Positions 1-10,494 of a stretch of DNA of 64,000 nucleotides are shown here, in pieces. The stretch covers positions 20,113,259 to 20,177,258 of the forward strand of contig JARDVH010000097.1 in the NCBI GenBank assembly GCA_030324005.1. Direction: 5' to 3'. The notes beneath the pieces are model-generated. The model was given only the letters and a program-made list of their open reading frames with translations, was not told the origin of the DNA and did no database searches. A program made the translations under genes and the position numbers. The DNA is from Negaprion brevirostris. Its lineage: Eukaryota. Position 1 is the stretch's first letter; the number at the start of each line of letters is the position of its first letter.

Positions 1-250
1 AGTTACTGTGAAAACCCCCTGGTCGCCAAACTCCGTCACCTGTTTGGGTACACTGAGGGAGAATTTAGTATAACCAATTCACCTAACCAGCGCATCTTTG
101 GACTGTGGGAGGAAATCAGAGCACCAGGAGGAAACCCACACAGACAGGGGAGAACATGTAGACTCTGCACAGACAGTGACCCAAGGCAGGAATCGAACCA
201 GGGTTCCTGGCACTGTGGGGGGCATCAGAGCTAACCACTATGCCACCGTA
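1..250 (-). mobile_element. HE1-like V-SINE with tail type B, cut by the window edge
   Basis: Minus strand has a tRNA-like head GGTGGCATAGTGGTTAGC...GGTTCGATTCC, the V-domain (TTCTCCCTGTCTGTGTGGGTTTCCTCC...CCCACAGTCCAAAG) and the tail ...TTTTCACAGTAACT. Confidence 0.85.
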
Positions 251-509
251 CATATTGAAGGCCATCTGTCAATACATCTGAGCTGCAGCTTCCAAGGTCC
301 CCATGACTTGTTTAATGAACACTTGTGCCAAGGTGGCTTTGAATCTACTTTTCCTGGGTATCAGTGGTAGACCTCCTCACAAATCTCACCATGATCACTC
401 TGTGTCTCTCAAGAGCCTTCCACTTGAGGTGTGAATATCTGCGAGAGACTTGATAGTGCAGGCTGAAGGAATTATAGCAGCATGTTAAGTACCTTGTGTT
501 GAGGTCAAT

Positions 510-570
510 GCAGCCTTGATGGGCCAAATGGCGTCCCTCTGCATTGTGGATTTTTATGATTCTATGACAT
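510..570 (+). mobile_element. HE1/HER1 (CR1) 3' tail fragment inside the transposase
   Basis: GATGGGCCAAATGGC...TCTGCATTGT...TATGATTCTATGA. Confidence 0.7.
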
Positions 571-934
571 GTATGTTGCTGAACAGGTGAGCGTTGAAGG
601 AGTGAAATGTTGTATGTTGCTGAATGATCTGAGGGCCCCTGGATTGCGACATACATGCAATCTCTGGCTTTTCATACCTGTGGAAATCCAACCACGGCAG
701 AAAACCCGAGGGCCTTCTCATTCTGACTGACCTCCATCAGGACTAAAGTGAATGTAAGTGCTGATTCTGGAAAACGTAGCATCCATCAAATGGCTGATGC
801 GCTGTGGTCAGAAGACAAATCACTGTAAGGAGTAGTAGTGGAGAAATTAAGTGTAGCTGTGACTATGATTTTTACTAGCAATGCAGGCTTACCTGACCCA
901 CTGGGTAGGGGGTCTTTTTCCAAGTGGCTGCAAA

Positions 935-1262
935 TATCATAAAGTCGTAGAATCCCTAAAGTGCAGAAGGAGGCCATTCAGTCCATCAAGCCTGCACTGA
1001 CAACAATCCTACCCAGGCCCTAACACTGCAATTTTTCATATTTACCCTGCTAATCCCCCTGAAACTAAGGGGCAATTTGGCATGGCCAATCAAACTAACC
1101 TTCACATCTTTGGACTGTAGGAGGAAACCAGAGAACCCAGAGGAAACCCATGCAGACACAAAGAGAATGTACAAACTCCAGACAGGCAGCCACCCGCGGA
1201 CAGAATTGAACCTGGGTCTCTGATGCTGTGAGGCAGCAGTGCTAACCACTGTGTCACCGTGA
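935..1262 (-). mobile_element. HE1 V-SINE with HER1/CR1 tail (type A)
   Basis: tRNA-like head, V-domain and AATGGCCTCCTTCTGCAC...GGGATTCTA tail; it splits the Harbinger transposase. Confidence 0.9.
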
Positions 1263-1530
1263 CCCCCCCAACCCCTGACAGCAAAGGCTGAGCATTTTGA
1301 GGCACACGTCCTTAGTCATGTGCAGAAAGCTCATCCTTTTCCTATATCCCCTATTTGGGGGCTGTTTCCTCCTGCTACCTGGGGCTCCGTGTTCACCCTC
1401 TCTGTCCTGTACAGTAGGAGGTGATTGAGAAGCAAGATGCCGGTATGGCTGTTGGCGTTGGTGGTGCTGCTCCTCAAATTCCTCAGAAGTCTGAGGTGGA
1501 GATGGACAAGCAGCTCTCAGGATGCTGAGA

Positions 1531-2257
1531 AACTTGGCAGCAGGTGGCAATGGGATCCCCACCCCCACCAATCAGCCCTTGGCCATACCCACAATAGCCC
1601 CACACTTTGGCCCCTGCCTCACCCCCTAGACCCTGCCCCCTCAGCCCTGCCAATTGACCCCATCCCTTGCCCCTTTGGCCTCATGCCCTTTGGTCCCCTA
1701 GTCCCTATCCCCTTGCCCCCTAGGCCCTGCCTCTTTTTGCCCCACCATCTTGGCAGTGCCCAATGCTTGATGGGCAATGCCAAGGTGCCCCCTGGGCATG
1801 GGCACTTTCCCTCTTAGGCAGTAGCAAAGGGCACAGGCTGGCACTACAAGGCTGCCCATACCCAAGAGGCACCACTGCCACCACCTTCCAACCCCCCTAG
1901 GTGGCCCCAATTGTCCCTCCTTCAGTCCAGCAGGGTCTCCCACTAGTTCTCCGCAAGTGGGGAGCGACTCTAAACCCCACTGGAGTGAAATAATCAGGCG
2001 GGGTGGGAGATGCTATCGGGTCCGGAGAATTCCGTGCCGGGCCCAGTAATGACATTTAAAATGCATTAAAAAAAGATTTAAATTACTTATCTCTCTCCCG
2101 CCGGCTTCCAGTACGGTCCCGATTGTGCCTGCTTTCTGGCTGTGGGAGACGCGCACACAACGGGAATGCGTGTGCGAATCCCAGAAAATGACCAACATGT
2201 GATTCTCCCAAACCAATGCGCCAAAAAAGTAGGTGTCAGGATGGGAGAATCGGGCTC
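1531..2257 (-). mobile_element. Harbinger element 5' terminal region (GC-rich, terminal hairpin)
   Basis: Contiguous with the transposase remnant. Inverted repeat GATTCTCCCA 2201-2210 / TGGGAGAATC 2242-2251. GGCAGTGCC/GGCAC blocks are shared with four other copies. Confidence 0.7.
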
Positions 2258-2429
2258 ATTGCTTCCGTGTATTGTGTTTTAAAATGTCAGGGAAAACTTA
2301 TAATTTATCAGCAATTCTATCATTTCAATTTGATGCATGTTATTGTATTTCACATTGATCAACGAAAAGTATTGTTTTATCGTCGCAACAATGATCAAAA
2401 AGTTTGAACAAAACATAAAATAATTTTAA

Positions 2430-2710
2430 AATGTTTATTTATTCATGTCACATTAAGTTTACATTATCACTGCAGTAAATTACTGTGAAAATCCCCTAAT
2501 CACCTGTTCGGGTACACTGAGGAAAAGTTTAGCATGGCCAATATATCTAACCAGCACGTTTTTCGGACTGTGGGAGGAATCCAGAGTACCCAAAGGAAAC
2601 CCACACAGACACATGGTGAATGTTCAGGCTCCACAGAGACAAATTCAGAATCGAACCTAGGTCCCTGGCGCTGTGAGGCAACAGTGTTAACTACTGTGCC
2701 ACCGAGCTGC
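2430..2710 (-). mobile_element. V-SINE, tail type B
   Basis: Head and V-domain, with plus-strand TTTATTTATT...ACATT...TGCAGT...TTACTGTGAAAATCCCC. Confidence 0.8.
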
Positions 2711-3272
2711 CCAAGTAGTTGGGCCCATGGGGTTTCTCAGGCCTGTGCTTGCCCACTATGTGCACCTTTCCAAATTCTGTATGTTCAGCATAATTACTTG
2801 ATTGTTCTGTGCCTCTGGGACATTTATTAATGCATTACTAATTCAAAAAAAATTGATTGGGCGTCCAAACCTGACCCTTTTTTTTCTGTTACTCCTACAC
2901 CAAGTTCACTTCGCACTTGATCCAAGTTTTCCTACGCAATCAGCAAGTTGTGGCCTCTTTGCCTCCTATCTTCACTTTCTAATGGATTTGTACATAACCA
3001 TTCCTACCTTTCGGAGTTCAAGGAGGTATTAAAATTGATAACTGTTTCTGTTGTAAGGAAATGCTAACTCAGACAGCACTTTCTTTATTAATTCCAATGG
3101 AAGTGAAATAAAACTGTAATCTGGCAAATTTAATCCTAAACTGCAAACTAGAAAATCATTAATTCTTCCCATTAATTCCTCCTGAATTTAAATGCATTTT
3201 AAGTTCCTCTAAAACAGGAATCATGTTTGAAAGGTAGCTTGTTTTCATGATGAGATGAAATGGGATAATCGT

Positions 3273-3593
3273 GCTCATGGTAGCACTGTGGTTAGCATTG
3301 CTGCCTCACAGCGCCAGGGTCTCACGTTCAATTCTGGCCTCAGCTCACTCTCTATGTGTGAGTTTGCACATTCTCCCTGTGTCTGCGTGGGTTTCTCTGG
3401 GTGCTCCGGTTTCCTCCCACAGTCCAAAGACGTACAGGTTAAGTTGATTGGCCATGCTAAATTGAGCCTAGTGTTGAGGGATTAGCTGGGTAAAGGTGTG
3501 AGATTACAGGAATAGGACCTGGATGGGATTGTGGTCGGTACAGACTTGATGAGCCAAATGGCCTCCTTCTGTACTGTAGGGATTCTACGATTC
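3273..3593 (+). mobile_element. HE1 V-SINE, tail type A
   Basis: GGTAGCACTGTGGTTAGC head, V-domain GAGTTTGCACATTCTCCCTGTGTCTGCGTGGGTTTC, tail AAATGGCCTCCTTCTGTACTGTAGGGATTCTA. Confidence 0.9.
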
Positions 3594-3594
3594 T

Positions 3595-3910
3595 CTTTGG
3601 CCTCTGGTTCTCGATTCTACCACCAATGGGAACAGTCACTCTGTGCAGATCCCTCATCATTCTGAGCACCCCTATTAAATCTCAGCCGAACCTTCTCTTC
3701 TCCACGGAGAACAGTCCCAACTTTGCCAATGCTTCTGCGTGACTGGAGCACGATGAACCAATGTTTAAGACAACTTTCTTATTTTTGTACTACGTACCCC
3801 TATTGATAAAGCCCAAGGCGCCATCTGTTTTACTAGCCATGTCCTAAGCCTGTCCTGCCATTTTCAATGATTTATGCACATGTGCTTTGTTCCTCCAGCC
3901 CCTTTGGAAT
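3595..3910 (-). mobile_element. Degenerate CR1 LINE fragment; probably continues at ~4190-4330
   Basis: Reverse complement resembles the CR1 ORF2 3' region seen at 12120-13030 (GGAGAAGAGAAGG..., TTCCCATTGGTGG...AGAACCAGAGG). Confidence 0.55.
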
Positions 3911-3927
3911 TGTACCCTTTAAAAATT

Positions 3928-4182
3928 TTTTTAAAGTTTATTTATTAGTCACAAGCGAGGCTTACATTAACATTGCAGTGAAATTCCCCTAGTCGCCACA
4001 GTCCGGCGCCTGTTCAGGTCAATGCACCTAACCAGCACAGCTTTCAGAATGTGGGAGGAAACCCAAGCAGACGCAGGGAGAACAAGCAAACTCTACACAG
4101 GCAGTAATCTAAGCTGGGAATCTAACCAGGTCCCTGGTGTTGTGAAGTAGCAGTGCTAACCACTGTGCTACTGTGACGCCCA
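3928..4182 (-). mobile_element. V-SINE, tail type B
   Basis: AAAGTTTATTTATTAGTCACAAG...GGCTTACATTAACA tail plus V-domain and head. Confidence 0.85.
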
Positions 4183-5699
4183 ATTATTTCACATTGTGTC
4201 TCTGCATTCTTCCTACCAAAATGGGTCACTTCATATTTCTTTGCGTTGAACTTCATCTGCCAGCTCTTCACCAACTTATGCCCATTTGAAGTTCTGCGCT
4301 ATCTTCCTCATAGTTCACAAAACTTTTCAAGTTGAGGGAAATGCAAATATGCATTAAAGAAGAAAATGAATGAACACATCAAGGAGGAAGGAATAGAAAG
4401 ATCCGCTGATAGGTTTATATGAAGGGGAATGGTGGAGAGGAGGCCTCCATGGAGCATAAACAGCAGCATGGACTAAATGGGCCATATGGCCTGTTTCAGT
4501 ATGCTACATTTCCATGTTATTCTGCAGACTTTGCAGTTAGAAATTTCTGCAACTGGAATTTATCAGTGCAATGCAATAGAAGCGACACTCAACCACATTA
4601 TAAAACAGCTATCAAGAGATTCACATATTAAAAAGCATTTAAAATGGTCATATGTGTACCGAGAATGTCACTGATTAATTGAGACATAACCATCCCAGTG
4701 GAGGAAACATTTAGGAGGACTGATTTGCAATTTGCTCTGTGCATACAGATGGAATTGCCGATTGACCAGTCTCTATAGAAACCACCTGNNNNNNNNNNTT
4801 CAATGGCATTAAAATCAGACAATTCTTACAATGGGCAGACGACACCAGTTTTACAACTAGTCAGCGAGTTGAAAAAAAACCTGCCCTAAGGTGATTCTAG
4901 CCACTTGTTTGTATGATGAGGGTCTTTCATGAAAACAAGTGCCTGTGAAATGTGTACCTCTTGTGCACTACAGCATGAATAGATGTTTAATAAGCTATGG
5001 AAATAGATAAAATTGTTTGTAGTCTGCGACTGATTAAAAAACATACAGGTATAACAAACTCAATCCAATTAACTCCCTCTTGTTTAGCTGTAGCCTCCGA
5101 CCAGCTTGTTACATAATAGATTGACATCAAATTTACAGAGGCAGCACCTGAAGTAATATTCAAAATCAAATTTCTGTTATATGAAAAGCAAACATAATTC
5201 CTTATTGCAGATATGTGTAGAGGAGTGCTGCTATGTAAATTTCCAATATTTATTTAATACCATTTAACCCATAGCATTTGAAATGAAGATGGTTGCTCAG
5301 AGCTCTGTCCCATTAACCTTGTGAAATCTATATTTTGGATCATTCTATAAACTTATCACAATCTCATTGAAGACACCAGCATTTGAATTCTTTCTAGGCT
5401 ATCCTTCTGGTGTGCAACTTTGGCAGACGAAGGAGTAACTTCCATCAAATCCCAGCTTGTAGTATGCCCCATAATGGGAACAGAATTTCACAAAATAAAG
5501 TGCCTTTCCCCCTTTGAAAATCTTCTCTGACTGAGCATTGTTTCAGAAAAGAGATTCCAGACGTCCTGCCAAGTGTCCACTACATTTGGACACTTGACCA
5601 GGATAGCTTGGGGTAACTATCCAATTTTGGCCATCTTTTTCATCGAGCAAAAGGTCATTTGAGCCTTTGCCAACTCTTTGTAGAGCTGACTAATTAATT

Positions 5700-6150
5700 A
5701 ATCCCACCTGAGAACCTTGCACATTTTACCCTTGGATGTATTTATCCAATTTGATTTTGTATGGTATTATTGAATGCTACCACCATCCTTTCAGATGCCA
5801 GTGTTGGATTGGGGTGGGCACAATAAGTCTCACAACATCAGGTTAAAGTCCAACAGGTTTATTTGGAATCACGAGCGTTTGGAGCACTGTTCCTTCATCA
5901 CCTGTTGGACTTTAACCCAGTGTTGTGGCACTTCTTACTGTGACCATCCTTTGAGACAGTGCATCCCAGACTACAAGTCTCGGTGTAAAAAATAATTGTT
6001 CCCTCAAGTCCCCTCTGGCTCTTTTGTCAATCACTTTAGATCAGTATTTTTTGGTTAAATGACCCTTCTGCCATTGAAAATTGTTTCTCTTTATTTGCTC
6101 TAACAAAACCCATTCATGATTTTGAATATCTCTATCAAATATCTCCTTGC
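5700..6150 (-). mobile_element. CR1 LINE 3' fragment, host of the palindromic insert
   Basis: TTTATCCAAT...ATTGAAT...CCACCATCCTTTCAGA/CAGTGCATCCCAGAC is the reverse complement of CR1 3' ORF2 sequence. Confidence 0.6.
5792..5942. mobile_element. Palindromic Penelope-derived mini-element with TSD
   Basis: Arms AAGTCTCACAACATCAGGTTAAAGTCCAACAGG / CCTGTTGGACTTTAACCCAGTGTTGTGGCACTT; flanking direct repeat ACCATCCTTT at 5782-5791 and 5943-5952. Confidence 0.75.
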
Positions 6151-7282
6151 CAATTGGCATGGACTTATTAAAAGGTAAAATGTGTGTGTTTGTGTCTAAT
6201 TTAGTTACACTGAAGACAGTTGGGCTGCAAGATTTAATACATCAAAAGGGTCTAGGTGTGGAAGGCAGGCATTTGAAGTAAGTCGGGCCAAGTTGAATGC
6301 TCCACAGGTAAATGAGAAATTTGCATTAGGAGATAAAGAAGGTATGTTTTGTTCTGTTGTTAAATTTCAAAGGGAAGTAAAAAAAGAATTTACAACCTAG
6401 AAAAGGTAACAAATAAAGCAAAGTTATTCCATTTTATGTTACCTAAAAGTGGTTACCAAAAGGAGAACATAAAGGATTTTTATATCCATGGATAAGCAAA
6501 TTTCAAAGATGGATAAGGACAGTGGGAAAACATGAAAGAGAAAACATCATATTTAAGGAGACACTTGGAGCTGTGTTCAGGAATGGCTATGTAAGAACTC
6601 CAGGAGTGTGCTCTGTGGTGGGAGAGAGCTGTTAGTAGAAGCAAAGTGAAGCACTGTTCAGCTAATCCAGATAAACGTATGCCCGTTTCCTCAGAAAGCG
6701 GGATTTTGTTTGAAGGTTTTTGAAGTTTTCCACAGCAGAGTGGGAATGAGAAGCTCTGAGACATTCCTTCCATACAGCAGCAGTGGGGTTGCCTTGTGGG
6801 AATATTATAGGGTTTGTTTTTAATAGATTAAATATCTGCAAGGGAGTGTCGCCTGAAGGGGTGCTTATTTGTGAGTCTAACCAAGTAGGAATCTTTATTG
6901 GAGAAAATGTTTTGTAAGACTAATTTTGACTGTGTAAATGAAATCTTGTGTGTTTAAGTTTTATTTTCTTTTATTTATAAATGTTTCAATTTAATATTTA
7001 TAATCTCCAGTAGTGTTACTAGCATTGGTGGTTCTTGACTTCAATAAACATCTTTTTGTAGTAAAATACAAATAGAAAATAATTGGTGATAGTTTGCCAT
7101 GTTTCCTTTTTGGACTTGGTTTGCCTCGCACTTACAGATCAAAGCACTATATTCGGTTTAGTTTTATACTATATTAAAAATCTTTCAACTTTTATAAGCC
7201 TCCTTCTTTTTCATCTTAACATCTATGTATGGAATTTAATGGACCATGCCAGAACATGCACGATGGTGGTGGNNNNNNNNNN

Positions 7283-7655
7283 ATTTAATATGGGATGAGA
7301 AGGATTGACGTGGGAATCCCAAAGTCCACCAGGATTTTAACAGGACTTGCATGACTCTTCCATGGCTCCCAAATGTTACTCAAGGTTTGTCAGTGTCTTC
7401 TCAGTGGGTTCTCATTGACAAGTACTCAGTACCTCATTAGGGAACCAGCATCAGGAAGGGATAACCATGGAAAGCAAAACCACACCCAAACATCCTCTGT
7501 TGCACCCCCTCGCAAGCAATCTCAGTTGCAGCCCCCTATAAAATCCTGATGGACTTGGGCATATTCAGCTTCCAGTGCCTCATTGATGAGCCTACTGACA
7601 TCTCTCCACCAGCAGGTGGGATTCCCATGTCAACCCTTCTCACCCCATATTAAAT
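7283..7655. mobile_element. MITE-like element with ~38-bp inverted repeats
   Basis: ATTTAATATGGGATGAGAAGGATTGACGTGGGAATCCC (7283-7320) versus GGGATTCCCATGTCAACCCTTCTCACCCCATATTAAAT (7618-7655), 3 mismatches. The left end abuts a gap. Confidence 0.75.
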
Positions 7656-7880
7656 TAGGGAATTCTTCTCACACAAATACTGCTTCAGCAATGGTGCCTG
7701 GTGAAGGAATCAAATGATACTGGCAGCTGCATTCTGCACAACTGGGTGTTTAATCCAACGCGAGACCTGATGCAGGACAGTGAAGTGCCCGATTGTACTT
7801 AAAATAGTGTTGCACCTCCCGGAGAAAAGCAACATTGGGCTCCTACCAGTTTTTCCAACTGTTGAGGGACAGGGAGTTGA

Positions 7881-7949
7881 TGTGTGTGTGTGCGCGCGCG
7901 CGCTTGTGCACGTACATGTGAATGCATGTGTGTGTATGAGAGAGAGAGG
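7881..7949. repeat. Compound microsatellite (TG)n(CG)n...(TG)n(AG)n
   Basis: TGTGTGTGTGTGCGCGCGCGCGC...TGTGTGTGTATGAGAGAGAGAG. Confidence 0.9.
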
Positions 7950-9019
7950 TGGGACCCCCATTACAGGAATCAATCAGGGAGCTCTAGCTGTAGCTGCACT
8001 ATCTTTTCCACCCTTGGAAATGTGTCTACTCTGTGCCAGAACCACCGCCTCTTTCTGTGAAGAAAAATCAATTGGTCTTCTGGTGTTTGTACTGTGGCAC
8101 AATTAAAATCAATAATCTTGAGATAAGGGATCACAGGCATGAAGGCACATTCTATTGGTACATGTATAATTTGTTGGCATTGTTCCATTGAGACAAAGAC
8201 TTTTAAATTTTTGTAAAGGAATTATATCTTCCATCTCATTTACTTTTTAAATTAAAATCCTACAAATAGTGCTGAACATTATAGTCCAAAATAAGCGTAC
8301 AATATAACCACAGGTATTATACTCATTTGCAATATAATCTTCCAATTAACACCTACCATACTGTTGGATACAATGCAATGGGTACATATTGCAGGATTCA
8401 AATGTTTAAGAGTTACAAGTTAATGATGGGCAGGGTAGTTCAAGTTACTGTTAAATAGTGAGGGTTGGGTAACAAAGAGCCCCAATGTCTTATTTGATAT
8501 TCTACCATTATAATAGAGCAGTGGACACATGGTAGATGATTGGATGAGTTTTAAATTTGATGCATTGGAGGCAGGAACAAAATGTAGGTCAGGGAGAAAT
8601 GGACGATTAGGATGTAGTGCAGGGAGCCAGGATATGACTGGCTATGGATTGACTTGGCATCTATTTTCCCCCCATGCAGCCTTTGGAAAACCTATGAGCA
8701 TAACATTGAACAATCAAGTCCAAATCAGCATGAATAAAAGAGTTCTAGCAGCAGCTGTCGTGAGGTAAGGGCAGTAAGAGGCAGTGTTGTAACGTTGTAA
8801 TTTCCAGACTTATATCACTTCTCTCTTTCTTAGCTTAATTCAATGAATGAAAAATTAAAGCATAGTTAACTGAAAGTCATGTCAAGCAATAAATTATCTT
8901 GAAACTTTTTTCTTTAACCTGTGAACTCAATTGACAAATGGATGGCATTAATAGTCCAGGTCCAAGTGATAAAGTCAAGAAATTATCCTTCTTGCAAGTG
9001 GCATAACATCTCTTTTGGT

Positions 9020-9235
9020 CTCCCTACTTGAATATAAAAGTAGGGAGGTCTTGCTGCAACTGTACAGGGCACTGGTGAGGCCGCAGCTGGAGTACTGTGT
9101 GCANNNNNNNNNNNNNNNNNNNNNNNNNNNNNNNNNNNNNNNNNNNNNNNNNNNNNNNNNNNNNNNNNNNNNNNNNNNNNNNNNNNNNNNNNNNNNNNNN
9201 NNNTGGCCTCCTTCTGTACTGTAGGGATTCTATCA
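9020..9235 (+). mobile_element. CR1/HER1 fragment spanning a gap
   Basis: Peptide EYKSREVLLQLYRALVRPQLEYCV is typical of the CR1 ORF2 C-terminus; an HE1/HER1 tail follows the gap. Confidence 0.85.
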
Positions 9236-10158
9236 TGCTATGCTTTACCTTTCAAACATGTCCTCCCTTCTTTTGCCTGCAATAAAAACATTCTTGTGAA
9301 AATCAAATATCCTCTGCTTGTAACGAATTGATTTGCAAATCTAAATGCTGTTTAATTTATAGACTGGCATATACAGCCAAAGTTCAGGACGTTTTAGTCA
9401 TGCACTGTCTAATCCTTCTAAATACTGCTGTAAGCCTACATTCTGAGAGTCATCTTAATAGGGAGGAGCTTCCTGGGTCCTCACTCAAACATATATTTCA
9501 TCTTCTGCGAGATGTCATCTGATTGCAAATTATTAGTGAGTCAACTAAATATCATGTCATGAAATAAAAAAATACAGAACTGTAAAACATTAACAAAAGA
9601 AATCGAAACAACTTGCAATCATATCGCACATTTAACAGAGTGCAACATCCTAAAGGTGGTCTTCTATCTTAAGAAAGCTCATTGTTGCATTCGAAGCAAT
9701 TCAGCGAAGATTCATGCTGGGATGGTGTTGGTTGCAGAAATGTCTTTTAAAAAAGTATTTGTAGTCTTCTGTGTTAACAAGTCTTTATTAGCTCCTTGTA
9801 ACTGTATACAACTAGCCAGCAAAGAATGCAGGTATAGAGCTATTGCCATCTTAGATCTTAGCACATCTCTGGCCGACACCACCCTGCCCCTAAGCCTTGT
9901 CATGTGCCTTCTTTTATTGCGATGTGTCTGGGATTTTCATACTACCTTAATCGCAGTGTGAATGTAAGCCTACTTTGTGGCTAGCCTGGAACTCTAGTTT
10001 GTTCCGGTATTGTCTCTTGGCATATTTGAAGGTTTTCTGTAGATCGTATCTGGATTCCTTGTGACTGCTTGCCTGTCAGCGGTGGCAGTGTAATGTTGTG
10101 CATAGCTCCCTTCCAAACAATTGGCCTGGGTTAGATTTCTGGCTGTCACAGTTTGTTA

Positions 10159-10480
10159 GGATAGCACAGGGGAACAGTGCTTAGCTCTGCTGCCTCACAG
10201 TGCCAGAGGCTCAGGTTTCATTCCAACCTTGGGTCACTGTTTGCATGTTCTCATTTGTTTCCTCTGGATGCTCCGGTTTCCTCCCAAAATCCAAAGATGT
10301 GCAGATTAGTTGGATTGGCAATGCTAAATTGCCTTAGTGTCCAAATATGCATTAGTGAGGAGAAATAGCAGAATCAATATGTGAGATTGTGGGGATAGGG
10401 CCTGGGTGGAATGCTCTGTCAGAGAGTTGGTGTACACTTCATGAGCCAAATGACCTCCTTCTGCACTGTAGGGATTCTAA
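10159..10480 (+). mobile_element. HE1 V-SINE, tail type A
   Basis: Head, CTCCGGTTTCCTCCCA V-domain and CCTCCTTCTGCACTGTAGGGATTCTA tail. Confidence 0.85.
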
Positions 10481-10494
10481 ATATTCTTGATAAT

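Larger units (their letters stand above)
252..1530 (-). pseudogene. Decayed PIF/Harbinger (HARBI1-like DDE) transposase interrupted by SINE insertions
   Basis: Minus-strand peptides occur in Harbinger order: RGYRKRMSFLHMTKDVCLKML; DICSHLEKDPLPSGSGKPALLVKIIVTATLNF; EKALGFSAVVGFPQV*KARDCMYVAIQGP (cf. GFPxVxGAIDCTHVAIKAP); TRYLTCCYNSF (cf. ARYPGSCHDSF); KLQLRCIDR (cf. KMRFRCLDR). Stops and frameshifts are present. Confidence 0.85.

Noticed and set aside
3273-3345. tRNA-like A/B-box sequences here and in the other SINE heads
   Set aside because: They are SINE heads followed by SINE bodies; I see no complete cloverleaf, so they are not tRNA genes.
6160-7140. Possible solo LTR (also 25900-26950 and 11440-11700)
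   Set aside because: Composition is LTR-like, but I could not identify matching TG...CA termini or TSDs.
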